Below, piece after piece: positions 1-17,793 of a stretch of DNA of 64,000 nt (the stretch's first letter is position 1; every line of letters begins with the position of its first letter). This DNA comes from the human T2T-CHM13v2.0 reference genome, Homo sapiens. The translations under genes were made by a program, and so were the position numbers. The DNA lies in the NCBI RefSeq assembly GCF_009914755.1, contig NC_060929.1, one strand, 5' to 3'. The notes beneath the pieces were generated by a model. It worked only from the letters and a program-made list of their open reading frames with translations. It ran no database searches and was not told the DNA's origin.

Positions 1-107
1 TCTCTGTGGGAATGATGGAGTCACCTACTCCAGTGCCTGCCACCTGAGAAAGGCTACCTGCCTGCTGGGCAGATCTATTGGATTAGCCTATGAGGGAAAG
101 TGTATCA
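1..107 (+). CDS. FST: Follistatin exon encoding FS domain 2 (3' part, truncated by window edge)
   Basis: Frame from nt 2 reads [35 protein letters not shown] (Kazal part of follistatin FS2); phase-1 donor A|GTAGGT at 107/108. Confidence 0.97.
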
Positions 108-810
108 GTAGGTATTCTGGATTGAGGAAGGAAAAAGAGAAAACAGGCTAGTTCTATTATTAAACTGTGGGGTTAACTAATAAGTAAAGCCCAAGGCGTC
201 CCCAAACACCATAGGGAGAAATACGCTGCAATTTGGGGAAAGTGTTGTGACCACAGTATTCCTCATGGAAACCATTGTCTTCTGGAGGCATTGACACATA
301 TATTCAAATGCCAGCAGGAAGCAAGGAACAGTATTCCGTCTTAGAAAACTTAGAACTTACTCAATTTTACACATTTTTTTAAGTGCCAGACTTGCTGGAA
401 GCGAAAAATAATTACTTAGCAGTTCCAGAAATCTGTTGTCAGATTCTAGTAATTAATGGAATTCTTTCTTTTGTAAAAGATCCCACTTGTGGGAAATAAT
501 AAGATACATATTTAACTTGAGAATATTGTAAAATCCTGTTCTTAAAAAAATACCCTTTTAATGCACTAATGTAGTATGTAAGAAACTGCAGGGGTTTTGT
601 GCGTGTGTATGTGTGTGTGCATTTGAGTTTCAGTTTTATTATCCAGCATTTTTGCATAATATCTCCATTACCCCCATTAGTAATAGGCTATTACTATTAT
701 GTTTATATAAAATAAATTATGTTTATATTTATTGATAGAGGACTAGAGAAAGGGAGAAAAGGGGGATATGGGGAAATCAGTTTACTCATCACAGATGTAT
801 TATATCCTAG

Positions 811-1041
811 AAGCAAAGTCCTGTGAAGATATCCAGTGCACTGGTGGGAAAAAATGTTTATGGGATTTCAAGGTTGGGAGAGGCCGGTGTTCCCTCTGTG
901 ATGAGCTGTGCCCTGACAGTAAGTCGGATGAGCCTGTCTGTGCCAGTGACAATGCCACTTATGCCAGCGAGTGTGCCATGAAGGAAGCTGCCTGCTCCTC
1001 AGGTGTGCTACTGGAAGTAAAGCACTCCGGATCTTGCAACT
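811..1041 (+). CDS. FST: Follistatin exon encoding FS domain 3
   Basis: Acceptor TCCTAG|AA at 810/811; reads (K)[76 protein letters not shown]; donor T|GTAAGT at 1041/1042; 231 nt, phase 1-1. Confidence 0.98.
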
Positions 1042-1498
1042 GTAAGTGCGATTTTTAACCTTGCTGCCATTTAAGGCTTTCCCAGGCAATCCCTAGGGAA
1101 TGGACACTTACAAAGCACGCAGATCTCCCATAAATCCATTTCTGTTCAAATTAGGTAGCTGCTAAGTATCACCAGCAATTCAATAATCCACAGAAAATTC
1201 TCTGCGATGTTTCTTGGCTTTTAGGACTTATCTGGTGATCATCAATGGGGTTGCCTCTAGAAATCTATTTCCAGTTGTTTTCCCCTATTTCTTGTGTTTT
1301 GGTAGTGTGCTTTGCTGTTTGCTTTATTAACATTTGAGTCTAAACTAACTGCTTCAAAAGTTTTTTTTTTTTTTCCAACGACAGCTTCATATTATCACAC
1401 ATGGGCTGCTGCTTTTTGCAGTTGCCTCTACTAACTCTGAATTAAGGACCCAAAGCAGTTATACCTAGAACACAAGAGCGCTTTTTATCTAATTTCAG

Positions 1499-1762
1499 GA
1501 ATCTGCCCGTAAAACCTGAGCCATTGATTCTTCAGAACTTTCTGCAGTTTTTGACTTCATAGATTATGCTTTAAAAAATTTTTTTTAACTTATTGCATAA
1601 CAGCAGATGCCAAAAACAAAAAAAGCATCTCACTGCAAGTCACATAAAAATGCAACGCTGTAATATGGCTGTATCAGAGGGCTTTGAAAACATACACTGA
1701 GCTGCTTCTGCGCTGTTGTTGTCCGTATTTAAACAACAGCTCCCCTGTATTCCCCCATCTAG
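1499..1762 (+). other. FST: Alternative 5' extension of last exon (upstream acceptor, FST317/FS288 isoform)
   Basis: Acceptor CTAATTTCAG|GA at 1498/1499; T(1041)+GA gives a TGA stop across the junction, ending the protein at ...SGSCN; lies 264 nt upstream of the second acceptor. Confidence 0.92.
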
Positions 1763-1845
1763 CCATTTCGGAAGACACCGAGGAAGAGGAGGAAGATGAA
1801 GACCAGGACTACAGCTTTCCTATATCTTCTATTCTAGAGTGGTAA
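1763..1845 (+). CDS. FST: Last coding segment: acidic C-terminal tail of FST344/FS315
   Basis: Acceptor CCCCCATCTAG|CC at 1762/1763; reads [27 protein letters not shown] then TAA at 1843-1845. Confidence 0.97.
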
Positions 1846-2950
1846 ACTCTCTATAAGTGTTCAGTGTTGACATAGCCTTTGTGCAAAAAAAAAAAAAAAA
1901 AAAAAGAAAAAGAAAAAAAGAAAAATATATTGTCCATACTGTAAATAAGTGTATGCTTATTTATTTGGGGGGAAAACTATACATTAAAGGACCTTTGTCC
2001 TAAAGCTCTCTCCCAGGCCACCTTGTTACTCATTGGACACGGAGAGGCATTCATTGTGAGGTCTACTGGATGAGGCCCATAGTTGAGACTTGTAGACATT
2101 TATTTATACTGTGTCATGTTTTATAATTTATACATAAAATGTCTGGTTGACTGTATACCTTGTTTTTGAAGAAATTTATTCGTGAAAGGAAGAGCAGTTG
2201 TTATTTATTGTGAGGTCTCTTGCTTGTAAAGTAAAAGCTTTTTTTCCTTGTAAACCATTTAAGTCCATTCCTTACTATTCACTCACTCATCTGTCTCCCT
2301 TCATTTCACTGTTAGACTCTTTTCCACTTTCAACAAACTTGCATGTCAGTTTCTGTCATGTTTATTTATTGGATTCTCTGCTGCCTGATCTGTACATACA
2401 TGATCCCTCGGGTTTTGTTTACAAGGAACCTTGACTGACCAAAAGGCATTATAACTCTGACTCAAATACAAGGTACAGAAGATAAGCATCTTTGAGGAAA
2501 CTCCTACTTCAGTTCTTTTGTTATGATGAAGACATTTGTGAGAGAGGAGATGATTAGAATTCTAGTAATGTACTTTTAAGATGTTACAGATACAAAGAAA
2601 TGATGTGGGTGTCAGGAGACTAAAGGATGTTGAAGGCTACACATTCAACCTTTTGTTAGGTGTTTCCTTTAAGCTACTCAGCTGTACCTTTTAAATTAGT
2701 TCTTTTTCAACCAGTATATCACTAAAAGTTATATCAAAGCTTTATCAGTTCAAGTTTCTTGCTTTTCATAATACTTTTTTCTGATGCAATTTTATATTTT
2801 CAAACATGGCAAGTTAAAATATAAATTCATTTAAATATATAGTTTTGTACTTTTCTACCATGTAAATGTGCAATGTATATAAAAGTTATAATGTGTATTT
2901 GTAAATAAATGATGAGTGAAAAAATAAAAAAATTTTAAAAAGCCAATGGT
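1846..2950 (+). other. FST: FST 3'UTR (3' end approximate)
   Basis: AU-rich sequence after the stop codon with ATTTA motifs, a genomic A-tract at 1885-1925 and AATAAA at 2904 and 2923. Confidence 0.7.
2904..2928 (+). terminator. Tandem polyadenylation signals
   Basis: AATAAA at 2904-2909 and 2923-2928 with upstream TGTA motifs (2861, 2874, 2894, 2900). Confidence 0.65.
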
Positions 2951-3558
2951 TTCAATTCCTGATGATGCAAAGAAGTTATTTGGACTTTTGAGTAAAAATG
3001 TGTATGATACCTTTGCTGAGGAATGTAGCTATCTCTGAAATTACATGGCCAGGGCAGTACAGATCACTTCACTGGAGTTTGAAAGATAAAGGGATCTGAG
3101 GTCCAGCAACCCCACTGTAGGAGTGGCATATACCTGTCACTAACCACAGAAGGAACAGACTGTAGATGTGGGTTCTTTCCTGCAATATGCCAAGGCTAAT
3201 ATTTCCTCTTTAAAAACACCATCGTTTTAGCTGTCCTTGTTGCAAGCTCATCACCATAGCCAGGGACACGCTTCATCTTACTTTCCCATAAATCCAGTGC
3301 AGTTTCAGTCTTTTAAAAAACAACACACATCACAAGGGAAGCTGACAACAGATATAATATTTGACAAACACATTCTAGAAATCAGAATATCAGCTGCAGA
3401 AGTAGACATTATAGTGTTGGAATGCTAGGGACTTGATGAGGTGAGGATGGGGTGGAGGTGAATTTCCACAATGATGTCCATGGTTAGGGATCAAATAATG
3501 TCACTCATTGTAAGAGGAAGTGTATCAATATTTCACAGTTTACACTAGACACTATTAG

Positions 3559-3875
3559 AGCTTCAGAATGGTGTTTAGGACATCAGTCAATGGTCCCTGT
3601 AATACATAGGAATACATAACTAGATCATAAACATAAGTTTCCAATTCATTGTGTGCTACATACTCAAAGCCTAAATATATTAAAAATATCAAAGAAGTAC
3701 AAGATGCAAGCCTCAGATTGGCATTTGGGCCATCATTCACTAGTCCCTGTAATATAATGCATAAGAATATATAACTGGAGCATCAACACAAGTTTCTGAT
3801 TCAATTCCAATTCCAATTATGTACTTACATATTCAAAGCCTAATTATATTTAAAATATCAGAAATTCAAGATGTA
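3559..3875. repeat. Diverged head-to-tail duplication, ~150-bp unit
   Basis: AGCTTCAGAATGG...GTCCCTGTAATA...TCAAAGCCTAA...AAGATG at 3559-3708 recurs as AGCCTCAGATTGG...GTCCCTGTAATA...TCAAAGCCTAA...AAGATG at 3709-3875. Confidence 0.85.
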
Positions 3876-4879
3876 AAGAAGTATCAGGACTGTGGGAGGG
3901 AAAGAGCAAAGTATAGTCAATATTACCAGCATCGCTAAACAATAATAAACATATCATTTCTTTCAAACACCATGACCCAAGTTCTTCTTAAAAGTTTATC
4001 CCTTTTGTAAAAAGCCTCTTTAATATGAATAGTTATTCAAAATTGTTGCCAGAGACTGTTGGCTCTCAACTGTGGCCACCTAATGAGAAATTTGGTGGAG
4101 GTAGAGGGACCTCTTCAGTAGACAGTTTATATAATGATTAGAGCCCTGTTGGATCTTGTTACCTTTCAGCCCTGTGTTCCCCAAAAGGAAAAGAGAGGTG
4201 CAGAAAACAAACAGGCTGCCATTAACTGCAAAAGACAAGGGTCGTAACTTCTCCGGTGTAGATTAGCTACTGGCTTGCCACTAGAGAGAGGCTCTCGGGA
4301 AAGGAAACGGGCAGATATGGTTTCACAGCCCTTCGTGGAGTTGATTTGTTGCTTGATCCTGGGATGCTACAGATGCTTTAAAGCTGCCACTGACGATCAG
4401 AGTAAAAACGTCAAATTTAACAGGCACCGATGTGTGTCTTGGCAATGGGAAGTGATAAAATCAACAGCTTGCCTTAGAAAACATCCAGATTATTTATTTA
4501 AAATTTTTATTCCAAATTTGTCAGCATCAATCATTCCTCTTAAACACTGGACGGTATCTCGTTTTCCTCCTTGGAGTTTTCCACTTTTCCAGTCACCTAG
4601 CATTACACTTATTAGTACCAAAAAAATAGAAATCTCTTTTAAAATTAAAAGTAGATTAATATCTTTAGACTATTGTTAGAATTTCAACTATGGCCCAAAA
4701 AAGTCTAATTCACATGCATATAGTGTAATTAATAGAATGGAATTACAAAATATAAATTAATAATAAAAGATCTGTCAGAAGCCTAATTTAAATTAAAATG
4801 TTTATATACTACATGGGATATGATTCCTCAAGTATAGCAAAAATAAAGTCTGGCTAATTAAAGTTATTCTCAAATGGGA

Positions 4880-5330
4880 TAGCTAAATGCAGTACCTGAC
4901 CTTTGATCAGATCTTGTTCCTAAGGAAAATAATGCTGTAAATAACAATATTGGGCCGGTTGATAAAATCAGAATACTGTCCAAAGATTAAAGTATTGCAT
5001 CAATGTTAAATCTACTAAAATTTGATTACTGTGTTGTGGTTATGTGAGAGAATACTCTTTGACTCAGGAAATACACACTGAAGTATTTTGGAAAAGGGGC
5101 CACAATGTATAAAACTTACTCTTAAATGACTTAGAAAAAAATATATAGGTTTTATTATTTTGTTCACATGTATGCAAAGAGGGAGTACATGAATGATAAA
5201 GAAAATGGAATAAAATGTTAACAATAAGCGAATCTGAATAAAAGTTATAGGGTATTTTTAGCACTATCTTTATCTTTGCAACTTTCCTATGAGTTTGAAA
5301 ATATCGTATATCCAAATAAAAAGTTAATGC
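4880..5330 (+). mobile_element. Ancient L1 3' end (L1MC/L1ME-like)
   Basis: Motifs AGTATTGCATCAATGTTAAAT, GGAAATACACACTGAAGTATT and CTTTGCAACTTTCCTATGAGTTTGAAA resemble old L1M 3'UTRs. Confidence 0.5.
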
Positions 5331-5635
5331 TTTTTTTAAAAAGTCATTCTCAAGAAGGAGAGGTGCACAGCAAACTGCTTCTCCCCATTCTCTGGGAAAA
5401 GAATGAATTATCAGAGTCATTTAAAAAAATGATTTTGTATGATAAAAAGACTGGAAAACAATTCCAGTGACTTTAACAAGGCTACTGGGGGAATTCACAT
5501 GTGCAATGAGAGAATTCCTAACACCTAAACCATACCCAAACTGAGAAACAGCCTTTTCTATCATCATCTTACAATTTAGAATGATTAGTACCTTCATTGT
5601 AACACTCCAAACACCCAACACCCTCATTCTCCCCA

Positions 5636-5800
5636 CTGCTTGCTATGTATTATTTGACAAGCAATTTAATCCCTATGTACTTCAGTTTCCTCATCTACAT
5701 AATCACAACAAGGAAAGTCTCTCTCTCATTACAATGTTGTGAGGATTAAAAGAGATATAATGTGTTAAGTGCTTAGATTCATGCTTGGCACTTAAAAAAC
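5636..5800 (+). mobile_element. MIR SINE
   Basis: Core TTCAGTTTCCTCATCT...TTGTGAGGATTAAA...AGTGCTTAG...TGGCAC. Confidence 0.75.
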
Positions 5801-5953
5801 AGTCAGAAAATAAGTGTCCTCTAATATTATAATAACTATGATTAATTAAAGAAAAAAGGTGGTATAATAACTCATCAATCAAACCTTACCTTGAAAATGC
5901 AATGAATGAGAAATGGTAGAGGAACTTCTTCAGTAGACAGTTTGTATAATGAT

Positions 5954-6069
5954 AAGTGAGCCCCAGTTCTCTGATGCTCCAAAGGCAGCCAGAATACCCA
6001 TGCCACTGTTAGGGCTTCAGGGAAGCCCTGTTCCCCCAGTATCTCCTGGGCAGAATTCTCACATATAAC
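5954..6069 (+). repeat. 116-bp dispersed direct repeat, copy 1 (copy 2 at 7637-7752)
   Basis: Manual ungapped alignment gives 9 mismatches in 116 bp. Confidence 0.92.
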
Positions 6070-7426
6070 ATATATCAACATATAACATATATCAATCGAG
6101 ACCAGAAGCCCAAGCGGAAGCCATTTTTAAAATGGAAGGTAAGCGTACTTTTAAAGTATTTTATCCATGTTAATATTTAATAAAACTTCATGAAGTTCTA
6201 GGTGGTACGGCAAAAGTGTACCTTTCAAAATAAAACGTTTAGATATATTATTTCCCATGAAATTTAGAAAAAATTCACTCACCATCTGAAATTTTCAAAG
6301 CCACAAAATGTGTCTTTTGTCCTTCAATTCACACTCTCAGCACAATTCCTGGCAGTACAATAAATTAACTCAGTCTTCTTTAATTTTGATACAATTTCCT
6401 GTAGGAGGACTATAGACTCCTGAAGATAATAACAGGATAAACTATTCCCAAACTGTCTCAAAAATCCGAGTATAAATTGTGCAGTTGCCAGATATGAAAC
6501 AATGCATATATTATACAATTAATAAACTTGTTTATTAGAGTTTTCAAAACCTGGGTCCTAAGAGTAACATGTTTCCCTTCTTCCCATTCCATTTTCCATT
6601 CAGAGCAGCCACACAATTCTTCTTCAGCCAAAAGCTGTTGTGTAAATAGACACCAGGCATGCCTGCCCTACGTAGTCAGTGGACCTGCCCAGACATGTCC
6701 AAATCCCAGCTTCTATTTTGCTGGAATCCCCCCATGAATACTGGATGGTTCCTGGGTTTTACCATCCTTAGACCTCAGATATCTTGGCTGGTATCACCAA
6801 GATTCCTGTGGCAGAGTCCTTCAGACACATACTCTTTGGATTAGACCAAATGTAGTCCTGGCAGTGCTGTGTCATTTTTCTATTTTAAGAAAATGGCCAG
6901 GGAACCAACTGGCAAGGTTGGGAGCCAGATACACTCCCACCAAATAAATATCTGTTGTACTCATTCCCCAAGGACTCAAGTCTCTGTCTAAAGAGCAAGT
7001 ATACACTTTTCTTAAGAATATTGGGCCCTAAGAAGTTGTTAGAGGCAAAAGTCACAATCCTGGTGAGAAAGAGGGGGCTCTACATTGATTCCAGTTTGGA
7101 AAAAAAAGATCTTGATAAATTTCTTTTTCAGCACCAAAAAAAAAAAAACCAATGGGATGATAATGGTCATAGTACAACTCATAAGCAATGATAACAACAA
7201 AAGACCAAGATGAAGGCCAGTCTCTATAGTTTCTGGAGATTGCTGTGGGCTTATGGCTCAAATGACAGCAGGTTGCAGAGGTGTTAGATTATTCAAAAGG
7301 CAGCAACACCTGGGACTTCTAAGATAGAGTCAGTGCCCCAGGAGAAGTCATCAAATCGGACTTAAAGCACTTTCTTCATTGGGCATGTGGAACCAGAGCC
7401 CAGTCAATACAATTCCCAAATAGAAA

Positions 7427-7616
7427 CAGTGCTGCTGAAGGTGTAGTGCCTAGACCAAGAACACCAGAAAGATCTGGGAGCTTGTTAGAAACACAAGTTC
7501 TTGAGCACTATCCCAGAACCACTGAATCTAATTTACTAGGGTAGGGTCTGGGAATCTATGTTTTAACAAGCTCTCCAAATGATTCTAATGTGTGTTAAGG
7601 TTTGAGGACCACTACT
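7427..7616. mobile_element. MER5A-like hAT-Charlie DNA transposon
   Basis: CAGTG...GGGAGCTTGTTAGAAA...TTTTAACAAGCTCTCCAAATGATTCT...GTTTGAGGACCACT. Confidence 0.75.
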
Positions 7617-7636
7617 CTAGAATCATTTCAAGCTCC

Positions 7637-7752
7637 AAGTGAGCCCCAGTTCCCTGATGTTCCAAAGGCAGCCAGAATACCCATGCCTCTGGTAGGGCTT
7701 TAGGGAAGCCCTGTTCCCCCAGCGTCTCCTCGGCAGAATGCTCACATATAAC
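7637..7752 (+). repeat. 116-bp dispersed direct repeat, copy 2
   Basis: About 92% identical to 5954-6069. Confidence 0.92.
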
Positions 7753-8549
7753 TTGGTCCTGTGCTACAGGGATGTACCTGGTGGTGGCAAAGGCATTTGG
7801 CCATAAAAATCACAAGGCGTATGTTTCCTGATAGAATATTGTCATCGTCTACCATCTTCCCGGTGAGACATAGCTGGGTTGACTAAGAGGTGTAGACGCA
7901 CCTTCACCATCGCTTCCAGCCATATTAATTAGGTGGTATGTTTGTCAAGAAGAGACTAGAATTTTGAATGAAGGGTAGTAACATTCCAACTCTGGTTTTT
8001 CACTAATTGGCGTTTGGTCCACTTCCCTTCTCTGGAACTTACCTACAATTTCTTGGAGTTCTGCATCATCCCTTAGGATACTACTTCAGCCTCATCCATG
8101 GGTCAGGAAACCAAAACTGCTATTTGCCTTACTACCTCTTCTAAGGACTGGGAGATCTAAGTAACCTGCTGCACTAGAAACATGGGCTCCAGGCAATGGT
8201 AAGTGAAACCTTCCAAGGGATGCATGCAGAATAACAATGCCCCAAGGTCCATTGCCTGAACTAAGAGGTGAAAGGGCCTCTCTCTCCATTTTCTTGCTAT
8301 TCCACCCTTCCTGGTCTTGTATCATTTTCCACCTCAATCACCTCAACCATCCTCTTCACCAGAACCTTGGGTCTGTGAATACCTACCCATTTTTCCACAC
8401 CCTCTGGCTGAAATCCTAACTACTAATGAGTGAAATCCACCTTCTTCACACCTATCCTATGCTGCAGAGCAACAGTGAAATCCTTCAGTGCCACTACACA
8501 AGTATGGGATCTGGTCTCAACTGGGTTATTTAGCCTCCTGAGCAGTATT

Positions 8550-8720
8550 TTATAAATACATATTTATATATTATATATATAATATATGTATATAATTACC
8601 CCAGAGTAGTTTTATTCATATACAATTATATATATAATATATGTATATAATTTTATATATATAATATATGTATATAATTTTATATATATAATATATGTAT
8701 ATAATTATATATATATATAT
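8550..8720. repeat. AT-rich simple repeat/minisatellite
   Basis: Repeated ATATATAATATATGTATATAATT units; a similar TA-rich tract lies at ~9145-9270. Confidence 0.85.
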
Positions 8721-9239
8721 CTTCATCCCATCTCCCTCACTGGTATCTTTAAACTTTCTCCACCCTCTTCAAGCAGGCTTTTCACTCCCACTCCACTCAC
8801 TATCAATGAACCTTAGCTTTTCTAACGAACTAGAAAAGAATTACCTCAGCTTCCTCCACTGTCATCATTAGCTGTAAGTTTGCCCAATGCCATACCTTTT
8901 CTAAGTTCCTTCGTTCTAATCTCAGAGAATCTTCCATTTCGTACTTTGTTTTCCACCACACCTTCTCGCTTCTCCTCTAGAAACTCACTCTATTAACAGA
9001 CTTCACCTCCATCATTTTTAAGTTCCCCCCTTGAGTAGTTTTTTTCATCTGAGCTTATAAATATACTTCACAGAATTTTAAAAATAAGATTATAGAAAAT
9101 TGAAACAATATAATTATTAAAATTTGCTTAATTAAAACATAGACATGTATATATACATATATAATACATACATACATACATAGTATATATATTATAAACA
9201 TGTTTATTATATATATACTTGTTATATATAAACATGTTA

Positions 9240-10193
<954 letters not shown>

Positions 10194-10532
10194 GCTTCTT
10201 TTATCTTCTTCTAGACACGACCCTCGGAGTAGTCTCCACTCTCTGTCTTCACTGCGTCAACTCTCTCTCATTCCTCAAACCACTGCAATTTGGTTTTTTC
10301 TCCTACTATTCTTCTGAAGAGACTTGACAAAGGTTACCAACGAATTCCAAGCGACCCTACATAATGGACACAAGGACACTATACTATCCGTATCTAATAA
10401 GACCACCCTTTGAATTGTACAGTGTTAACCAGGCTTCCCTCTTGTCAATTTCCCTGACTTTTGTATTCCCACTCCCTCATATCTCTCCATTTCTTACGGG
10501 TCTTCCTGATGACCTCATCTTCTCTCCAGTGA

Positions 10533-10870
10533 AGCAGGGATCAAAAACTGGCAACCCACAGGCTATACCTGACTTATATTTTATTAGGTCACTCAAATCT
10601 CTAAAATAATTTTGAATTAGTTGGTAATATTTAAAACTCAGGAAATTTCACCCAAAAAGTTAGACTTCTACTTTCTCTTGAAAAAATCTGAAGCCTGGGC
10701 ATCACTGATTCTGAGACACGACACAGGCACAATCCCCAGGAGCAGGGAAACAGCAGCTCACTCCTTTAGATGGGGTAAGTGTCCCCCAAGTCCACTGCAC
10801 CGATCATTCTCCCTTTGTCCTTTGCCTGGTTTGCTTCACTTATCCACATTTCTTGACTCCCAAGTAAGCT
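10533..10870. mobile_element. Degenerate hAT-Charlie relic (MER102/MER103-like)
   Basis: AAACTCAGGAAATTTCAC...TCTCTTGAAAAAATCTGAAG...CACTG motif. Confidence 0.4.
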
Positions 10871-10887
10871 AAGAATTCCATTCTCCA

Positions 10888-15597
<4,710 letters not shown>

Positions 15598-15754
15598 AAG
15601 AATTCCATTCTCCACTCCTTCACTTGTCAATCTATAGAATCTTCTGTGTATGTCTCAGTATACAAATATAATCAAGTGTTTAAATGAAATCCATATGCTA
15701 GCCACTGCAGATCTCTATGACCAATCCTGGTATTTTATTGATCACACTTCTTCT

Positions 15755-16222
<468 letters not shown>

Positions 16223-16382
16223 CTACAAGGGAAGCTGGGAAATGTAAGATTACCTAAATTCTAAATTGGGAGGTGGGATTCAGCATAGAGAAGTAAAACA
16301 TTGTAGGAAGGGTGTCCCAAAGATCTTGGCAGCCACAGTGATAGGTAGACACTACTAGATGAACCAAATAAAAGATTAGTAT

Positions 16383-16514
16383 TGCTGAGCATGGTGGTTC
16401 ACACCTGTAATCTCAGCACTTTGGGAGGCTGTGGCAGGAGCATTGCTTGAGGCCAGGAGTTCAAGACCAGCCTGGGCAACATAGCAAGACTTTGTCTCTA
16501 CAAAAAAAAAAAAA

Positions 16515-16553
<39 letters not shown>

Positions 16554-16735
16554 TATGCAAGGCATGATGTTGCACACCTGTAGTCCCAGCTACTCAGGAG
16601 GATAAGGTGAGATGATCCCTTGAGCCCAGAAGCTGGAGGCAGCAGTGAGGTATGCTTGCCCTACTACTCTCCAGCCTGGGTGACAGACCAAGACCCTAGC
16701 TCAAAAAACAAACCAACAAACAAACAAAAACAAAA
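16383..16735 (+). mobile_element. AluJ-like element with (TA)n(CA)n microsatellite in the central linker
   Basis: Two Alu arms separated by A-run, TA and CA repeats at 16502-16555. Confidence 0.9.
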
Positions 16736-17639
16736 TAGGGATTAAGTGGTTAAAGATAAGACTGCAAGTGGCTACCGCCAAAGAGAAAGAACAAAATTCA
16801 TCAATAGGTTCAAGGGTATTTTCTCAGGAGCATACAACAACCAGAAGCCATTCACAATCTACTACAAGCCAAATGCTCCATTTAGTAAGACAGCCGCCTC
16901 CAAATGATGCATTGTTGCAACACAATTCAGAGGAACGTGGGGAAGACAGAGAACTAGAGCAGAGAACAGCAACAGCAGGAAGACACAGTGAGAAGCAATC
17001 TCCCAAATAACAAACAAAAGCAATCAGCATTTGGCAGAATATTGTGTAAACAAAAGCTTCCTGAACTCCAGCCTCTAGTGGATCAGTGCAGGAGCTAGTG
17101 TTTACAAACACATCATTGAGGAGTCAAGGTAAGGGTAACCTCAAGCAAAGACTAGAAAAGTAAGAATTCTCAGATAATAATAAAAATCCTTACATGGGAA
17201 AATCAGGTCTCCAGTGCTAATGACATATGCCAGAGAACTAGATGATAGAAAGACAAAGAACCAGATTAGGCTAAACATTTTCCTTCACTATTATCTAGGA
17301 ACAGGTAATGAATACAGACTAATGTAGCATCATGAGGGTTATTTGTTTGATTAATTAGTTGATTATTTACTGTTCAAAATTTTCCTGAAGTGCTTTTACA
17401 TCTTATGGGCCAAATTACACCTAAACAAAAACTCACAGGTGTCATTATTTATGTTTTATAATAGGAGTTGGGGGAACAACTGTAATATTTTCAAAATTCT
17501 TACATAGGACCTCAGTATTAATGTAAAATTTCAATAGTCAATTAGGAGGAAAATATAAACAAATTTATATTAACATGTAATAAGTCAATATAAAATTGAG
17601 AATTTGTCAGAGAAAGACTACACTTTAAAAAATTCACCC

Positions 17640-17793
17640 GGATGTCCAGAATAGAAAAGTCTATAGAGACAGGAAGATTCCAGGTTTCCAGGAGCTAAAA
17701 GAATGGGAGAGAAATGGTAAACGACTACTAACAGGTACAGGAATTCTTTTTAGGACAGTAAATACATTCTAAAATCGATGGCAGTGATGGTTC
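17640..17793 (+). mobile_element. Old L1M 3'UTR fragment
   Basis: GTCCAGAATAGAAAAGTCTATAGAGACAG...TTCTAAAATCGATGGCAGTGATGGTT. Confidence 0.55.

Noticed and set aside
598-619. Short interrupted (TG)n in the FST intron
   Set aside because: Short, impure microsatellite far from the splice sites.
768-1058. 96-aa ORF as a standalone protein or an isoform ending CNCKCDF
   Set aside because: Only 811-1041 is follistatin sequence bounded by AG/GT. The extensions are intronic read-through and nothing supports intron retention.
4275-4679. 134-aa ORF downstream of FST
   Set aside because: Non-ATG start, no recognisable domain or exon structure; length compatible with chance.
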